Positions 22,781 to 24,000 of a DNA stretch of 24,000 bases are shown in pieces. The DNA lies in NCBI GenBank assembly GCA_963809965.1, contig CAWELU010000018.1, positions 28,789 to 52,788 of the forward strand. The letters run 5' to 3'. This stretch comes from an uncultured beta proteobacterium (GTDB lineage: Bacteria > Pseudomonadota > Gammaproteobacteria > Burkholderiales > Casimicrobiaceae). How positions within the stretch are numbered: position 1 is the first letter of the stretch; each line of letters opens with the position of its first letter. The notes below the pieces were generated by a model. It had not been told where the DNA came from. It saw nothing but the letters and a program-made list of their open reading frames with translations, and searched no databases. The position numbers and the translations under genes are program-made.

Positions 22781-24000
22781 TCAATGGCGTGCCGCCACCT
22801 CCTCGCGGAGGCGCGCAACCAAGGTATCCAGGGGCAATGCCCCCAGGTCCTCGCCGCGGCGGGTACGCACGGCCACTTGCAAAGCCTGCATCTCCTTGTC
22901 GCCGACAATCAGCTGGTACGGCAACTTTTGCAGGCTATGTTCGCGGATTTTATAGGTTATTTTCTCGTTGCGCAAATCGGCAGCCACCCGCAGCCCGGCC
23001 GCCTTCAGCCGCGTCTCGACCTCCCTCGCATAGACGGCTTGGCGATCGGTGATCGTGAGCACCACCGCCTGGATCGGCGCGAGCCATAACGGCAGGGCGC
23101 CGGCATAGTGCTCGATCAGGATGCCGATGAACCGCTCGAGCGATCCGACGATTGCCCGATGCAGCATCACGGGCGTCCTTCGGGTGTTGTCCTCGGCGAC
23201 ATACTCGGCGCCGAGCCGGCCGGGCATCTGGAAGTCCGTCTGGATCGTTCCGCACTGCCAGGAGCGGCCGATCGAGTCCTTCAGGTGGTATTCGACCTTC
23301 GGGCCGTAGAACGCGCCCTCGCCGGGCAACTCGACCCATTCGGCCGCACAGGCCTTCAACGCCTCGCGCAGCGCGTTTTCCGCCCGATCCCAGGTTTCGT
23401 CCGACCCGAGCCGCTTTTCGGGACGCAGCGCGATCTTGATCGCGACATCGGTGAAACCGAAATCGCGATAGACCGCGAGCGCCTGCCGATTGAAGGCTGT
23501 CACCTCGGGCTGGATCTCATCCTCGGAGCAGAAGATGTGGCCGTCGTCCTGGGTGAAGGCGCGTACCCGCATGATGCCGTGCAGCGCGCCGGACGGCTCG
23601 TTGCGGTGGCACGCGCCGAATTCACCGTACCGCAACGGCAGGTCGCGGTAGCTTCTGAGATCGGAGTTGAAGACCTGGACGTGCCCTGGGCAGTTCATCG
23701 GCTTGATCGCGAAATCGCGCTTCTCCGACTCGGTCGTGAACATGCTTTCCTTGAAGTTCGCCCAATGGCCGGATTTCTCCCAGAGCGAACGGTCGAGGAT
23801 CATCGGGCATTTCACTTCCTGGTACCCGTTGTCGAGATAGACGCTGCGCATGTGCTGCTCGATCTGTTGCCAGATCGACCATCCCTTCGGATGCCAGAAC
23901 ACCATCCCCGGCGCTTCGTCCTGCAGGTGGAAGAGGTCGAGTTGCCGCCCGAGACGGCGATGATCGCGCTTCTCGGCTTCCTCGATCCGGGTGAGGTAGG
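22781..24000 (-). CDS. thrS: Threonine--tRNA ligase, C-terminal ~405 codons (N-terminus beyond window edge)
   Basis: The frame is open to the window edge (...[50 protein letters not shown]...). It shows the class II catalytic core and anticodon-binding domain, ending ...[13 protein letters not shown]. Confidence 0.95.
   Translation of the reverse strand, partial: YLTRIEEAEKRDHRRLGRQLDLFHLQDEAPGMVFWHPKGWSIWQQIEQHMRSVYLDNGYQEVKCPMILDRSLWEKSGHWANFKESMFTTESEKRDFAIKPMNCPGHVQVFNSDLRSYRDLPLRYGEFGACHRNEPSGALHGIMRVRAFTQDDGHIFCSEDEIQPEVTAFNRQALAVYRDFGFTDVAIKIALRPEKRLGSDETWDRAENALREALKACAAEWVELPGEGAFYGPKVEYHLKDSIGRSWQCGTIQTDFQMPGRLGAEYVAEDNTRRTPVMLHRAIVGSLERFIGILIEHYAGALPLWLAPIQAVVLTITDRQAVYAREVETRLKAAGLRVAADLRNEKITYKIREHSLQKLPYQLIVGDKEMQALQVAVRTRRGEDLGALPLDTLVARLREEVAARH

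Overview
High-GC proteobacterial chromosome segment (gene order looks beta/gamma-proteobacterial) with two conserved core blocks flanking about 15 kb of accessory DNA. Left core (+): the 3' end of etfA and a 600-aa acyl-CoA dehydrogenase. Right core (-): thrS (partial), infC, rpmI, rplT, pheS, pheT, ihfA, a MerR-family gene and tRNA-Pro(GGG). Three things lie between acyl-CoA dehydrogenase stop + 16 bp (2163) and the tRNA-Pro 3' end (17244). (i) 2163-~8850 is an insertion-sequence pile-up. An IS3-family copy is split by an IS256-family element. It is followed by a second inverted IS3 end, an IS110 fragment, an intact 511-aa rve-type DDE transposase, an intact-looking IS630 element with TA duplication, and a truncated IS1182-family transposase. 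(ii) ~8856-14483 is a visibly AT-richer signalling islet. It carries an alpha/beta hydrolase divergently abutting an RpfC-like hybrid histidine kinase (TM sensor-HisKA-HATPase-REC-HPt). A 1.5-kb IS3/IS256 mosaic and a LuxR solo with the canonical AHL-receptor residues follow. (iii) An intact IS4-family element (18-bp perfect IRs, 9-bp target duplication) sits next to a host-composition REC + HD-GYP (RpfG-like) response regulator. No signal synthase of either type (RpfF-like crotonase or LuxI) is in the window. That makes the kinase/hydrolase/LuxR/HD-GYP cluster the most interesting candidate system, but it remains a hypothesis. The second notable point is pheT. This essential gene is broken by five frame shifts, all in the same direction, while about 4.1 kb of neighbouring genes are unbroken. 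No CRISPR array or rRNA was seen. All family assignments come from reading the translations by eye; no database search was run.
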